Shown: in pieces, positions 38,862 through 53,241 of the stretch
Layout of the letters: every line of letters begins with the position of its first letter
Numbering within the stretch: position 1 is the stretch's first letter
Source: Octopus sinensis
Lineage: Eukaryota
Assembly: GCF_006345805.1 (NCBI RefSeq)
Contig: NC_043006.1
Location: 23,374,001-23,438,000, forward strand
Reading direction: 5' to 3'
Length of the DNA stretch: 64,000 bases
The notes under the pieces: generated by a model
What the model saw: only the letters and a program-made list of their open reading frames with translations
What the model was told of the DNA's origin: nothing
The model's database searches: none
Translations under genes and position numbers: made by a program

Positions 38862-39517
38862 TGAGAGAGAAAGCTGTAAGAGTGAGAGAAAACAGGTAGA
38901 GAGAAGAGTTGGGACAGCAAATCCTGACATTTGCTGAATTTGGAATGATGAGTTGTTCAGTGCCAAAACTGTGAAATTACCGTTCTTCCTGGCTTCGCTA
39001 TTACTGTCTTCCTCCAATATGACATCTTGCAAGAAACTCAACTTGGTTTTTCTGATCTATTTTGCAACTAAAATAACAAGAGTTCTACAGTGGCACTACT
39101 GACGGTAAAAGGTAAAAAGATGAATGGAAGCCTCTGACATACTTTCTTTACACCTTTGACATACTTTCTTTACAACACACATACATACAACGTAGAATCA
39201 CAAGCGCGCACACATACACGTATTCATGCATACTCATACACGCAAACTCATACATATTCATAACATACAAACAGACACGCCCACTCTTAGTTGAGGATGC
39301 TCATACACAGTCATTCACAAACATACACACATATGCTCACATGCTGTCGTACACACATTCATACAGTCTCATGTTCACACACACACTAACACATTCACAC
39401 ACACTAAACACACTCGCTAACACACACACAGTTTCACATACCCTCACGCACACTTTCACCCCCGCACTTACACATACACACTCACATTCACAAACCCACA
39501 CCCACACACACCCACAC

Positions 39518-39553
<36 letters not shown>

Positions 39554-39693
39554 TCACTCACTCATGCATACATACACTCACACATACAGACGCTCACACA
39601 TACACACACACACACTTTTACACTCATACACACGCATTCTCTCTTTTTCACCCTCTCTTTCCCTCTCTCTTTTTCACCCCATCTCTTCCCCCA

Positions 39694-39728
<35 letters not shown>

Positions 39729-39819
39729 GAGCTACCCCCCCCCCACCGCTAAACAGGTTTCCCAATCATATTCATGATGTCAGTGTTTTGCGGAGTTGCA
39801 CATTCAACGATCCATCTTT

Positions 39820-40510
39820 ACCACCAACCTCATCACCATCCACCACCACCACCACCACCACCATCAGCACCACCACCATTCCCAGCACGAACACCAGTAT
39901 CGCCAGCACTATCATCACAATCATCACCACCACCACTACCACCATCACTACCATCACCACTATCATCACCACCACTGCCACCACAATGTCGAACAATAAC
40001 ATTCCCAAAACGACCACTACCACCACCACCACCATCACCACGACCACCATTACCACCACCACCACCGTCACCACGACCACCATCACCACGACCACCATCA
40101 CCACCACCATCATCGCCACCACCACCACAACCATCACCTCACCACGACCACTATCACCACCACCACCACCACCACCACCTCACCACCACCACCATTACCA
40201 CGACCACCTCACCACGACCACCATTACCACGACCACCATCACCACGACCACCATCACCACGTCAACTATCACCACGACCTCCATCACCACCACCACCATC
40301 ACCACCATCACCACCACCACCATTACCACGACCACCATCACCACGACCACCATCGCCACCACCACCACCACCGACACCACCACCACCACCATCACCACCA
40401 CCACCATCACCACCACCACCATCACCACCACTGGCATCACAACCACTACAACACCACCATCACCACTAACACTGCTATCATCACCACCACCAACAACAAT
40501 ACCCCCAACT
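39820..40510. repeat. Degenerate (ACC)n/(ATC)n trinucleotide array
   Basis: Direct reading. Confidence 0.92.
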
Positions 40511-41172
40511 CCACCATCAACACTAACTAGAGAACCAGATATCTCCGATTTACGACATTTGACATGGTTAATTAGAGATTTTTATCACCGCTATAGCAAT
40601 AAATTGAACTGCTTCCAAACCTCGCCATAACTATCAGAGTTGATGGTACTGCTCTTGTTGTTGTTGTTGTTGTAATTATTTTTGCTGTTGTTGTTGTTGT
40701 TGTTGTTGTTTTCTCATGCTGTCTACTTTAGAAACATAATTCCGTTATTTACTCAAAAGATATCCAACTGGTAGATTCATCACTGAAGAAGTAGATAGAA
40801 GAAAAAGAGAGGGAGAGAAGAGAGAAAAGAAAGAGAGCGCGGGAGTGGGGTTAAAGATCGTGAGAGAGAAAGAGGGAATAAGAGAGAGAGGGAGAGAGAG
40901 AGAGAGAGAGAGAAAGATGGGTGAAAGAGAATGAGAGAAAAAGTGAGAGAAAAGGAGAGAGTGACAGTATGATGGAGTAAGAGAGAGAAAGAGAGAGCGA
41001 GAGAGAGAGGATCGTGAGAAATGACAGAGAGAAAGTGAAGGTGAGAGAGAGAGAGCGGGTGGAAGAGAGAGTTCTTGTAACCATATTGTTATTGATATTT
41101 TATTTCTTCACTACGGAAGAACCTGTTTTTCTTTTTTTTAGATGTTAGACGCAAAAATAAAAAGACAAAGAT

Positions 41173-41560
41173 AGGCGTAGGAGTGACTGTGTGGTAAATA
41201 GCTTGCCTACCAACCACATGGTTCTGGGTTCAGTCCCACTGCGTGGCATCTTGGGCAAGTGTCTTCTGCTATAGCCTCGGGCCGACCAATGCCTTGTGAG
41301 TGGATTTGATAGACGGAAACTGAAAGAAGCCTGTCGTATATATGTATATATATGTATGTATGTATATATGTCTAGCATTGCTTGACAACCAATGCTGGTG
41401 TGTTTACGTCCCCGTCACTTAGCGGTTCGGCAAAAGAGACCGATAGAATAAGTACTGGGCTTACAAAGAATAAGTCCCGGGGTCGATTTGCTCGACTAAA
41501 GGCGGTGCTCCAGCATGGCTGCAGTCAAATGACTGAAACAAGTAAAAGAGTAAAGAGTAA
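41173..41560 (+). mobile_element. SINE family A
   Basis: Family match, full length. Confidence 0.9.
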
Positions 41561-41604
41561 AAGATATTATCTGCCGATTTATTAAGCAATCAATAATAAT
41601 TATA

Positions 41605-41978
41605 ATCCTTTCTACAAAAGGTACAAAGCCTGAAATTTAGTGGGAGGAGACTAGTCGATTACATCGACCTCGAAAGAATGAAAAGCAAAGACGACCTCGG
41701 TGGAATTTGAACTCAGAACATAGTAGCGACGTGCGAAATACCTATTTCTTTACTACCCACCACAAGGGGCTAAACACAGAAGGGATGAACAAGGACAGGC
41801 AAACGGATTAAGTCGATTATATCGACCCCAGTGCGTAACTGGTACTTATTTAATCGATCCCGAAAGGATGAAAGGCAAAGTCGACCTCGGCGGAATTTGA
41901 ACTCACAACGTAACGGCAGACGAAATGCCGCTAAGCATTTCGCCCGGCGTGCTTAACGATTCTACCAACTCACCGGCT
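41605..41978 (-). mobile_element. Two adjacent SINE family B copies
   Basis: Two gacctcgg...gaatttgaactca segments near 41695 and 41885. Confidence 0.8.
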
Positions 41979-42119
41979 TGACGACGACGACGACGGCGGT
42001 GGTGATGGTGATGATGATGATGACGACGACGACGACGGCGGCGGTGGTGGTGGTGGTGATGGTGATGATGATGATGATGATGATGATGACGACGACGACG
42101 ACGACGATGATGATGATAC

Positions 42120-42660
42120 AATTCCAAGCAGTAGCTCTCATGGCTTTTGATCTTAATTGATTGGAAGTGTTATCATGTACATTGCTTTGTCTTGGTATAA
42201 AAGATGGGCTACAGCAAATATTCTGATCAATACCACAGATTTGTTTGTCAGTTGTTTGACCATAACCAGTTGAGCATGTCCCTTAGTGGTTGATGATATG
42301 TGCATCTCTGATCACGAGTAGAAGTAGTGGGGAAGCATCATAGCCATGAGTTGGGAAGAATTCTTTGAGGTTTGGATAATTCATCTTTGGAAACATGGGT
42401 GTTTTGTTCAATATCATTAAATAACCCTTATTCAAAGACCTTTTGAGCGGGATGGGCTACTCGACCTGAAGAAAATTTTAGTTAGGCCCCACCTACAAAG
42501 TCATGTGCTGTTTATCTTGATATGGGATCACTATGTCGCGCACATATAGCTGTAATGCATGTGCCTGGTGTATCCTTATCAGACGAGTAGGCTTCGTATA
42601 TATTACCCCAGTGTCACTTTGATGGCATGCACTGCTCTTTCACTCAATAATAATAATAAT
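42120..42660 (+). mobile_element. Unclassified non-coding retroposon-like repeat ending in (TAA)n
   Basis: Lies between (GAT)n and (TAA)n; no ORF; class is an inference. Confidence 0.4.
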
Positions 42661-42747
42661 GATAATCCTTTCTACTATAAGCACATGTCCTGAAATTTGT
42701 GGGGAGGGACTAGCCAATTACATCGACCCCAATATTTCACTGGTACG

Positions 42748-43335
42748 AAATTGGCACAACGCGAATACATAAAACACCAAGACAATGCGGCAAGAATGAT
42801 CCATTGGAAACTCTGTGGAAATCACGGCCTACAAAGAGCAAAGACGTGGTATGAGCAAACTCCAGAAGGAGTCGTCGAAAATGAGAATTGCAAAACCCTG
42901 TGGGATGCAATGATCCAGTGTGATCACCCGACTAGACATCGGAAACCGGACATTGTTGTGGTGAATAAGAAAAGAAAGAACATGTATGATAATCGACATA
43001 ACATGCCCCGGTGACAACAAAATCAATGTGAAAAAATAAGAAAAAATAAACAACTGACAATTTGAAGTGGAAAATACGAAGGTTGTGGTCATTGAAGAGA
43101 GTAGACGTGATACCAAAAGTAATTGGTGCACTTGGAAGTATCAGCACTCAACTACCAACATGACTGAAAAAGATTGGTGCAAGTGTGAAAATAGAACATC
43201 TACAAAAATTCTTCGCTAGGTTCTTGAAGTATGACCAGTAAACAAGTGTCACCTTAGTCTGCTGACTGTAGACAGCTGACACTTTCCATCATACCCAGCA
43301 AAATAAGCTGTGAGTTTTCATAAAATAATAATAAT
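42748..43335 (+). mobile_element. R4/Dong-like REL LINE 3' fragment
   Basis: KLAQREYIKHQDNAARMIHWKLCG...WYEQTPEGVVENENCKTLWD...RHRKPDIVVV...VIGALG; tail aataataataat. Confidence 0.85.
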
Positions 43336-43650
43336 GATTTCTTTATTAACCACAAGGGTTTACATTAAGTAAAATATTATGGACAGTACAGAACAAAACA
43401 AAGAATGTGTGTGTACATGTGTGTAAGTGTGCGTTGTGAGGGTTTTGCGTGCAAACAAGACTAACAATTTTTTTAAAAAGAAAGAAAGAAAGAAATCAAC
43501 AATGTGTAAACCTCAATAGGGAGGAGACGTTGGAAGGTTGCTCATGGAAAAACCCCATAAAAACCATGGATACCCTGACTTTGGGGGCAGGTGCCTTTTT
43601 TCCTTTCTTTTCTTTCCAACTACAGGTGTATGCTCAGGGCAGTCGCTAAA
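43335..43650 (-). mobile_element. LINE 3' UTR fragment related to 30075-30350
   Basis: Shared gatttcttt(t)att start and aaaccccat/acaaa...gga(t)taccctgac segment. Confidence 0.45.
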
Positions 43651-44721
43651 ATTTATAGTCGCTAAAATTTATATTTTATTTAACAAAACCAAATGGAATT
43701 ATTTCAATACATGTAAGTCTGTGGCATCGAACTTTGAAAAGCACAATGTGACACGCGATCCTAAACATAATGATACTGACTTTGTGCTAAATATTCAATT
43801 AAGAATATCAGAAGCATCATTTCTAATGGAGTAATGTTTATTCTTCCTAATAACTGAATCATTTTCTCTTTCATTTCCAAAACAAAGCTTATAAAATTTA
43901 TCTTCTCTAAAGATTTTTCATAAAAAAAAATATTCATTAAGACTTTTTATTAGTTCTAATTTAGATGTGATCTTTAGTGTCTCGCGGAAAAATAAAAATA
44001 TTCATTGGTTCTATTATCAATTCTCATTTAAATGTGCTCTTTAATGCCTCATAGATGTCGTTATCGATTTTCTTTTTAAAAATTAACAATATTTTATAAA
44101 AAAGAAATTAGGAGTTAAACCTAATTGTTAGAAACAGCTGAAGCTATTTAAAATACAAAGACTCCAGAAACGCGTACGAAAGAAATATGTTGTCTGTAAA
44201 ACAACACATTTCGTTATCAAAGCCTTTGATGCTGCATTTATATCAGTTCTCTAATAACGAACTCACTGACTTAACTGATAAAAGAACTTTGAAAAACTTC
44301 ACATAGATCTGATTTATTCTTCGAGTTTACAATACAGTATATCTAAAAAAAAAAAAACTTCTATTAAATATGGGTGACAGATTTATTTCATGTCATTCAA
44401 TCAGCACAGAGAAAGGGTATGCAGTAATTTTAAATTACGATGGGGATTCATAGTTCTAACCCTTCTCCCAGTTTAATACCATCAAGTATTTTGTTACTTT
44501 ATTTGTTAATTTCGCGCTGTTTCAAGCAATTAGACTAGATCTCTCCTGTTCATGCAACAGTTGACCTTCAGATGTTCAAGAGGGACATCATCCGCACAGT
44601 GGCCCAGCAACAAAATTTGCTAAGGAGGTACAAACCCAGGTCCTAATTTTTTTATGAAAAATGTGGATTTTTCCAATGTTAACATTAAAACAAATGCAGG
44701 TATGATAATAGTTTTTATTAT

Positions 44722-45620
44722 TATGAGGGTCAGCTGCAATGTTCATAATCTGAGCAAGACACTCTCAATGGAATGTGACCAAATGAAGTTCGTTTTCTAA
44801 CATAGTTCCTCTTACTGTCCACACACTTCCATAAGTAGTTGCAGTGCTTAGATCGCACTGGTGAAGAAGCTTTTCTGTTGATCAAAATGGCGCAGGAGTG
44901 GCTGTGTGGTAAGTAGCTTGCTAACCAACCACATGGTTCCGGGTTCAGTCGCACTGCGTGGCATCTTGGGCAAGTGTCTTCTGCTATAGCCCCGGGCCGA
45001 CCAATGCCTTGTGAGTGGATTTGGTAGACGGAAACTGAAAGAAGCCTGTCGTATATATATATACATATGTATGTATGTATGTGTGTGTATGTGTTTGTGT
45101 GTCTGTGTTTGTCCCTCTAGCATTGCTTGACAACCGATGCTGGTGTGTTTACGTCTCCGACACTTAGCGGTTCGGCAAAAGAGACCGATATAATAAGTAC
45201 TGGGCTTACAAAGAATAAGTCCCGGGGTCGATTTGCTCGACTAAAGGCGGTGCTCCAGCATGGCCGCAGTCAAATGACTGAAACAAGTAAAAGAGAGTAA
45301 GAGTATCAACAACAGATACGATGTTCTCATCATAGTGATAGTAGTGCCCAGCAGAGTGTTTTTCTATGTTGGGAAACAGATGATAACCAGAAGGAACCAA
45401 ATCATTAACATAGGGAGGATAATCAACCAGTTCAAAGCCAGTCATACACAGCAGCCATTGAAACCAATGATTTGTGTGCTGAAGCATTGTCCTAATGAAA
45501 CAAGACCCCATTAATCAGTTTTTTCTGGGTGTTTGGTCTTGATAGCCTATCATAACTACCTTAGGAAGTTGGCATTGAAATTTTCCATTGATGGTGTGAT
45601 CATTTTGAAGATAGCCAATA
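44722..45620 (-). mobile_element. Mariner transposase C-terminal remnant interrupted by a SINE
   Basis: GFELVDYPPYVNDLVPSGYHLFPNIEKH, a decayed HPPYSPDLAPSDY motif; ta-tgaggg end at 44722. Confidence 0.75.
44889..45304 (+). mobile_element. SINE family A, young copy nested in mariner
   Basis: Near-consensus full-length copy. Confidence 0.92.
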
Positions 45621-45954
45621 AACACAATATTTTTTGCATTAATGCATAGTATATGTGATAATGTGAAGTATATTTTGGATATTAAAATGTTTAATTTTGG
45701 AAATGTATCAAGCAGAGCTAACATAATCAGTAAAAATACAAATTGCAAGTATTTCAAAATGTGGGACACTACGTAACAAAAACTAGCAAAAAAAAAAGAA
45801 GAAAATAGTGGTGCTTGTGTTCCAAAGGTACAATGAGAAGGCTCATGAGAAGGATAGAGAGATGGGGTAGAGGGAAGGAAGTTAGAAGGAAAGAAAAGAA
45901 TGAAAAGTGAAAAGATAAACTAGGGATCTGAAATGAGCACTAGGTAGGAGATTG

Positions 45955-46143
45955 GCCCCTGTGCCGGTGGCACGTAAAAAAAGCACCCACTACACTCTCA
46001 GAGTGGTTGGCGTTAGGAAGGGCATCCAGCTCTAGAAACACTGCCAGATCAGACTGGAGTCTGGTGCAGCCTCCTGGCTTCCCAGACCCTAGTCGAACCA
46101 TTCAACCTATGCCAGCATGGAAACTGGACATTAAACAATGATG
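45955..46143 (+). mobile_element. SINE family D, 3' portion
   Basis: gccggtggcacgtaaaa...gttggcgttaggaagggcatccagc...cagcatggaaactggacattaaacaatgatg tail. Confidence 0.65.
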
Positions 46144-46309
46144 TATTACCTATGCACTGGTCAAGTAGAAAAACTATGAGTGATAAAAAATTGGATTGTC
46201 TTTTGGTACCAAAGTGAATAAAGAGAGTAGAAAAGGTTAGGGAAGAGCAAGTAGGAAGAAAGAGAGAGTTCGGAGAAATGAGGGAATAAAGATAGACTGT
46301 AGGTAGTTG

Positions 46310-47279
46310 TTCAACAGATCATTGATTACAATCCCAGAAAGTTCATGAGGTCAATCACAAAAGATCTCCATGTGTCAGAAGGAACAGCCAGAAATGTTGT
46401 CCACGAAGACATCAGCCTTCTATGATGATGAAAGGTCAATTTGTCAGAAAAAGCAAAAGAAGATCCCTACATCAGATTTTAAAACTTTTAAACAAACTGA
46501 AAAATCCAGCAGAAGAAGATTTAATTTGTTTTTTTTCAAACGAGAAAATCTTCGACCGCGATCAAAAAGTTAACAGAAAAAATGACAGATGGTATGTGCA
46601 GACCCCTCTGAAGTTCCAAGTGTTAAGCATACAAAATTTCCTGCGCCTTTCATGGTTTTAGGGGTTGTCAGCAATGAAGGACATATTATACATCCTTACT
46701 TTTCTTTAAGGCCTTAGAGTTAACTCTGCCGCCTACATTGAGGTCTTGGAAATAATTGTTAAGCCCAGGATAGACAGTGCATGCAATGTAAAGCCATATG
46801 TGTTTCAGTATGACGCTGCACCAAATGTTAGGGGTTTTCCAGCCATCCATTCCTGTGCTACCAGAGCCATGCACATATCCATGCACACATGGCTCTAGTA
46901 ACACAGGAATGTATGGCTGAAAACGCTAACATCTGGCCTCCTAATTCTTCAAGTCTCAATCCATTGAACTATTACAAGAGGGGCGTTGTTGAGAGAGAGA
47001 TCAATGAACACACCCATAACACCAAAGATTCTTTGAAAGCTGCCATAGTCAGAGTAATGTCCAAAATAAATCAGGATCATTTGATTCGAGCATGTAGATG
47101 ATTTAGATCTCATATAGAAGCAGTAGTTGAAGCTGAAAGTGGTTTTATTGAATAACATTATTGAAAAGAAGGTTTATTTATATCCTCATAGCATTTTTGA
47201 TAAATAAAGTTATTATCTGTTATTATATATCTGTTTTTTTATTAACATAAATCTGTCCTCAAATATCTTACACACTCTG
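46310..47279 (+). mobile_element. maT (DD37D)-like transposase pseudogene with 3' end
   Basis: FFSNEKIFDRDQKVNRKNDRW...MVLGVVSNEG...YVFQYDAAP...IWPPNSSSLNPLNY...EAVVEAESGFIE*; ends ctg-TA. Confidence 0.8.
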
Positions 47280-48067
47280 TATATATGGGGTGCGAAGGGT
47301 ATTGGAGAACACTAAATATATTAATGATAATTATTTCTCTTCAAACCAATTAAAAGATTCTAATTTTTCACAGGTTGCCTATGACAATTAAAATGCTAAC
47401 ACAAGAAATTGAGAGACATACAGTCATTGTGGCTGAGACAATCATTTTGTAACTGTCAATTTTCTTAATGTTACAACATCTTTTCATCGGGAATATTTCA
47501 ACACTATCAAAGACCAAAAAAAAGAAAATACTAAATGTTCGAACACTATCAGGATACTGCAATTCTGGTCCTGTATTAAAGCAGTCATCGAAGCTGCAGG
47601 TGGATTCATAGATTAATCTTCTAATAAAGCTTATCGAAATAGCGGACGCAATTTTTTTTTTATTAAACTGCGTTTTTTTTTGTCTATATTATTTTATTTT
47701 ATTGGCTAGACTACATTTGTTTCATTGAATTACCAAATATATCATAAAATACTTTTCTCTCACCCTGTCTATGTATGTATGTATGTATGTATGTATGTAT
47801 GTATGTATGTATGTATGTATGTATGTATGTATGTATGTATGTATGTATGTATGTATGTATGTATGTATGTATGTATGTATGTATGCATGCATGTATGTAT
47901 GTATGTATGTATGTATGTATGTATGTATGTATGTATGTATGTATGTATGTATGTATGTGTGTATGTATGTGTGTGTATGTATGTATGTACTTCTACCTAC
48001 GATCAAAGACTGTGAGTGGAAGACCAGCAGTTGTCCATGCATACCAACCTCCTCTCGCCACGCCGAT

Positions 48068-48125
<58 letters not shown>

Positions 48126-48914
48126 TGGTGTGTGTGTACGTGTATGTGTGTTTGTGTCTCTGTTTGTTCCCACCACCGCTTGACAACCGACGATGGTTTG
48201 TTTACGTCCCCGCAACTTAGCAGTTCGGCTAAAGACACCGATAAAATAAGTACGAGGCTTTAAAAAAATAAGTCCTGGAACCTAAATGAAAAAACATATT
48301 TAAATACATCATTTACCATATTTATGATAATAACCAACGCCATCCGTCTTACCAAACAAACGAACAAATCTTACGGCATGATCTAAGAATAGAGAATCGT
48401 ATTCACCTTAGAAATAATTCCTATTACCTCAAAAATATTTTTTTAATCATCACTTGAAAATATTTCTAAATAATAAAAAATTTTGTGTTTAAAGAAAGCT
48501 AAATATAAATATTTACTCTACAAACAACTCGTATTTTTCTAATCACATTCACTTAAAAATACTTTTTAATAATTAGAATATTGTCTGTTTAAAGAAAACT
48601 GAAATATAAATACTCACTGTACAAACAATTTGTATTTTTAGGATTATGTCACTTTCGGAGTATTTTCTCCATTATGCGCCGTTTTTGGCTATTTATGAAG
48701 GTACCCCAAAAAAACCTCGTATCTCAAGAATCTGTGGTCCGATTTACGCGAAGTTTGTTTCAAGGGTACCTTACTTTCAGAGTATTTTCCAATTATGTGC
48801 CGGTTTGGCTGTATTAAATTACAGACCAGCACACACGTACGCAAGTAAGCACGCAAGCAAACAAGCATGCAAGTGAGCCAACAATCACAGAGTTTTAGTA
48901 GTATGTGTATATAT

Positions 48915-49060
48915 ACACGACTAGCTTCTTTCAGCTTCTGTCAACACTCGCAAGGCTTTCGTCGGTCTGAGTTATAGCAGAAGATGCCTGGCCAAAGTGC
49001 CACGCAGTGGGACTGAACCAGGAGCCATGTGGTTGGGAAACAAACTTCTTACCACACACA
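48915..49060 (-). mobile_element. SINE family A, 5' half
   Basis: Family match. Confidence 0.75.
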
Positions 49061-49135
49061 GACACAGATACACACACACACACACACACACCACACACAC
49101 ACTCACACACACATACACACACACACACATATATA

Positions 49136-49535
49136 GGCGCATGAGTGGCTGTGTGGTAAGAAACATGCTTACCAACCACATAGTTCTGGGTTTCAGTCCC
49201 AGTGTATGGCACCTTGGGGATGTCTCCTATTATAGGCACGGGCCGGCAAAAGCCTTGTTAGTGGATTTGGTAGATGGGAACTGAATGAAATCCGTCGTTA
49301 ATATATATGAGTGTGTGTGTGTATGTGTGTATTTGTGTGCCTGTGTTTGTCCCTCACCATCGCTTGACAACCGGTGTTGGTGTGTTTACGTCTCCGTAAC
49401 TTAGCGGTTCGGCATAAATGTCCGATAAAATAATTATTAGGCTTACAAAGAACGAGTCCTGGGGTCGATTTCTCCAACTGAAGGCGGTGCTCCTGTATAG
49501 CCGCAGCCAAAATGACTGAAAAAAAGTGAAAGAAA
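49136..49535 (+). mobile_element. SINE family A
   Basis: Family match. Confidence 0.82.
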
Positions 49536-49819
49536 AGAATATAAGAATATGATACATGAAAAAATGCATAGTAAATAAACAAACGGCCTACTGAGCGTAC
49601 AACTGGACGGGAGACAGACATAGAAGGTCCCTAATTCTTCATCAGTTATCAACCAATTGGTATTACTCAGTTTTGCACCATTGAATATAAGACTGAGAAC
49701 TTCCCACATTGGCGGTGCCCGCAAAAGTATGCGGAGATTATAGGTCCGAGAACAAACAAAACAATACAAGGTGGACACACGAAAGTGGATAAATATGATT
49801 TAAGACGATGGACAAAGAC

Positions 49820-50410
49820 GAATTGAATAAGAAATGAGCAAAATTCAGCTTTAGGGCCAAAAAGACAAGAATAGTGTGTAACGTTTAGAAGACATCCTTC
49901 TCGTCCTCTTGTATTCCTAGCCTTTCTCTTATCTCTTACTTCCCTTGTTTTCTCTCTGTCGCTCTCTCCCTCACTCTTGCCCTCTTTCTCCTTTACTCAC
50001 TGTTGTCATGTGACTCGTGACCAGCTTTCCTTGTTTTCCCTCCCTCTCTCACACCGGTCCCGTAGCTGACCAGTCGCAAATTCTCTGTCTCACTGCTTTC
50101 TATCTTCTAGGGCAGTGCTTTTCAACATTTTTGCTGGAGCGGAACCCCAAGGAAACATTCCACTGGCTCGAGGAACCCCTGTGCAATAATTTAATAGTCT
50201 TATGCACACATATCTGCACAGGAGAATTAAAAATTACTGCTGATTTTAGCAGTTTTGTAACTTCTTGCGGAACCCCTGGACTGTACTGGCGTAATCCTAA
50301 GGTTCCGCGGAACCCTGGTTGAAAACCACTGTTCTAGGGTGTCTTCTAAGCATTATCCACTATTCTCGTCTTTTTAGCCCTAAGGCTGTATTTTGTTTAT
50401 GTACTATTTA
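49820..50410. mobile_element. PLE-like remnant with about 70-bp inverted ends, interrupted by a hAT MITE
   Basis: aaaattcagctttagggccaaaaagacaagaatagtg...tagaagacatcc is inverted at about 50337-50400. Confidence 0.45.
50113..50331. mobile_element. hAT MITE (219 bp) with 8-bp TSD
   Basis: TIRs cagtgcttttcaac / gttgaaaaccactg; TSD ttctaggg on both sides. Confidence 0.95.
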
Positions 50411-51444
50411 TTACATAAAATATATAAACAAATAAATAAATAAATAAAAAACAAAAATTTACTTTGTTTTCGAGAGGAAAATAAACCACTGTAAATCAAT
50501 ATGTTTATAATTTCATGCATTCATACTTTCGAAAAAACAGAAGAACCAGAAATACATAATACGACAATAGAAATGTTTTTAATTACTATAGTTTCTACTA
50601 TAAAGTCATTTGTATAATATGTAATTTAATTTATTCAAGATAAAATAAAATGATATAACTTTAAACTTATAACTTTTATTCATCTACTAGTATAGTTATA
50701 TACTTAAGATAAATACATTAGAGTATTTGTATATGTTAATCTTATATTAGACAATTATATTATATATAATATAAAATATAAAAAATTTAAATGGAAATAT
50801 TTGACAAGACAGTCAGTCACCGGCTGACACTCGCTGACGATACATCGAAGAGGCCAGGGAACAGAAGAAAGAAGACATGCACCCAACACCAAAGCTGAAG
50901 ACACCTCCGAAAGGTGGGGTCCCCGCCACGTCAAAACGGTAGAGGAGTAGGGACCGAAACCGGACGTGGTTCCTCCTGATGATGTCTTGAGCTAACTGGA
51001 TCCTATAAAGGAGCTGTTGTGGTAGCAGACCACGAAACACGGTTGTAATTCCTCCTAAATTTAGTTAGTAAAACACTGAATTATTATAAATATCCCTTAT
51101 TATATATACTAACCAGTGAGTCCCAATAAAATATTTTTTTCAAAATATGGATCACATGATGAAGATGGGTAAATGCCACAAGAAAAACTGCGTTCACATC
51201 ATTATGCATGAAGTTGGAGATTTACCACAACATTATGTATCTGTTGATTTATTTATATTCCTTAATTAAGTAATGTAGATCAATAATCCATTAAGTAACA
51301 TGTACATGAATTCAATTACACACACATACATACATACATACATACATACATACATACATACACACATATATACATACATACAAACACACACACATACATA
51401 CATATATACATACATACAAACATACACACGCACACACACACACA

Positions 51445-51478
<34 letters not shown>

Positions 51479-51712
51479 CATACATACAAACATACATACA
51501 TACATATATACATACATACATACATACATACATACACATATATACATACATACAAACACACACACATACATACATACATACACACACATACATACTACAT
51601 ACATACATACATACATACATACATACATACTTACATGCATACATACATACATACATACATAAATACATACATACATACATACACACATACATACATATAT
51701 ATATATATATAT

Positions 51713-52140
51713 ACATAGTGTCATTCCATAAATAATGCGGTTTTTTCAATTGTATGAGCTAAAAGTCGGAGGGGGAAGGGATAAAATACCTGCATCAACT
51801 TGCTATAAAAGCAGGAAGTAATATTACCTTGTCCTTATTCTTAGTGCAAGTTTTGAAGAGTGCAGTTCGATTTTAACAGTTATTTTTTTAAAGTTATAAT
51901 GGAAGTGACAAAGGCGTATATTCGGCATATTTTTGCTTTATGAGTTCAATAAAGGCAACAACGCAACGGAAAGTGCGAGGAATATTAATGTAGTACACGG
52001 GGATCAGACGATAGGCGTAACCGAGTGTCAACGGCGGTTCTAGAAATTCCGAGCCGGAAACTACAGCCTAGAAGACGAGCTCGAGGAAGACGTCCTGCAA
52101 ACCCTGGTGGAACAAAATCCCATTGTAACTATTGATATGA
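51713..52140 (+). mobile_element. Mariner 5' fragment, copy 1
   Basis: MEVTKAYIRH..LLYEFNKGNNATESARNINVVHGD...KFRAGNYSLEDE (mariner HTH). Confidence 0.85.
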
Positions 52141-52372
52141 TAAACATACATACATACATACATACATACATACATACATACGTACATACACATACATACA
52201 TACACATACATATGCATACATACATGCATACATACATACATACATGCATACATACATACACATACATACATACATACATACATACATACATACATACATG
52301 CATACATACATGCATGCATACATACATGCATACATACATACATACACACACACACATACACATACATACATG

Positions 52373-52404
<32 letters not shown>

Positions 52405-52550
52405 TACATACATACATACACACACATACATACATACATACATACATAATACATACATACATACATACTTACATGCATACATACATACATACATACATAA
52501 ATACATACATACATACATACACACATACATACATATATATATATATATAT

Positions 52551-52978
52551 ACATAGTGTCATTCCATAAATAATGCGGTTTTTTCAATTGTATGAGCTAA
52601 AAGTCGGAGGGGGAAGGGATAAAATACCTGCATCAACTTGCTATAAAAGCAGGAAGTAATATTACCTTGTCCTTATTCTTAGTGCAAGTTTTGAAGAGTG
52701 CAGTTCGATTTTAACAGTTATTTTTTTAAAGTTATAATGGAAGTGACAAAGGCGTATATTCGGCATATTTTTGCTTTATGAGTTCAATAAAGGCAACAAC
52801 GCAACGGAAAGTGCGAGGAATATTAATGTAGTACACGGGGATCAGACGATAGGCGTAACCGAGTGTCAACGGCGGTCTAGAAATTCCGAGCCGGAAACTA
52901 CAGCCTAGAAGACGAGCTCGAGGAAGACGTCCTGCAAACCCTGGTGGAACAAAATCCCATTGTAACTATTGATATGAT
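52551..52978 (+). mobile_element. Mariner 5' fragment, copy 2 (tandem duplicate)
   Basis: Appears identical to copy 1 apart from a 1-bp indel; period 838 bp. Confidence 0.85.
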
Positions 52979-53209
52979 AAACATACATACATACATACAT
53001 ACATACATACATACATACGTACATACACATACATACATACACATACATATGCATACATACATGCATACATACATACATACATGCATACATACATACACAT
53101 ACATACATACATACATACATACATACATACATACATGCATACATACATGCATGCATACATACATGCATACATACATACATACACACACACACATACACAT
53201 ACATACATG

Positions 53210-53241
<32 letters not shown>

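Noticed and set aside
39341-40630. 429-aa Thr/His-rich mucin-like ORF
   Set aside because: Made of (CA)n, (CT)n and (ACC)n repeats that lack stops by composition; no signal peptide or domain.
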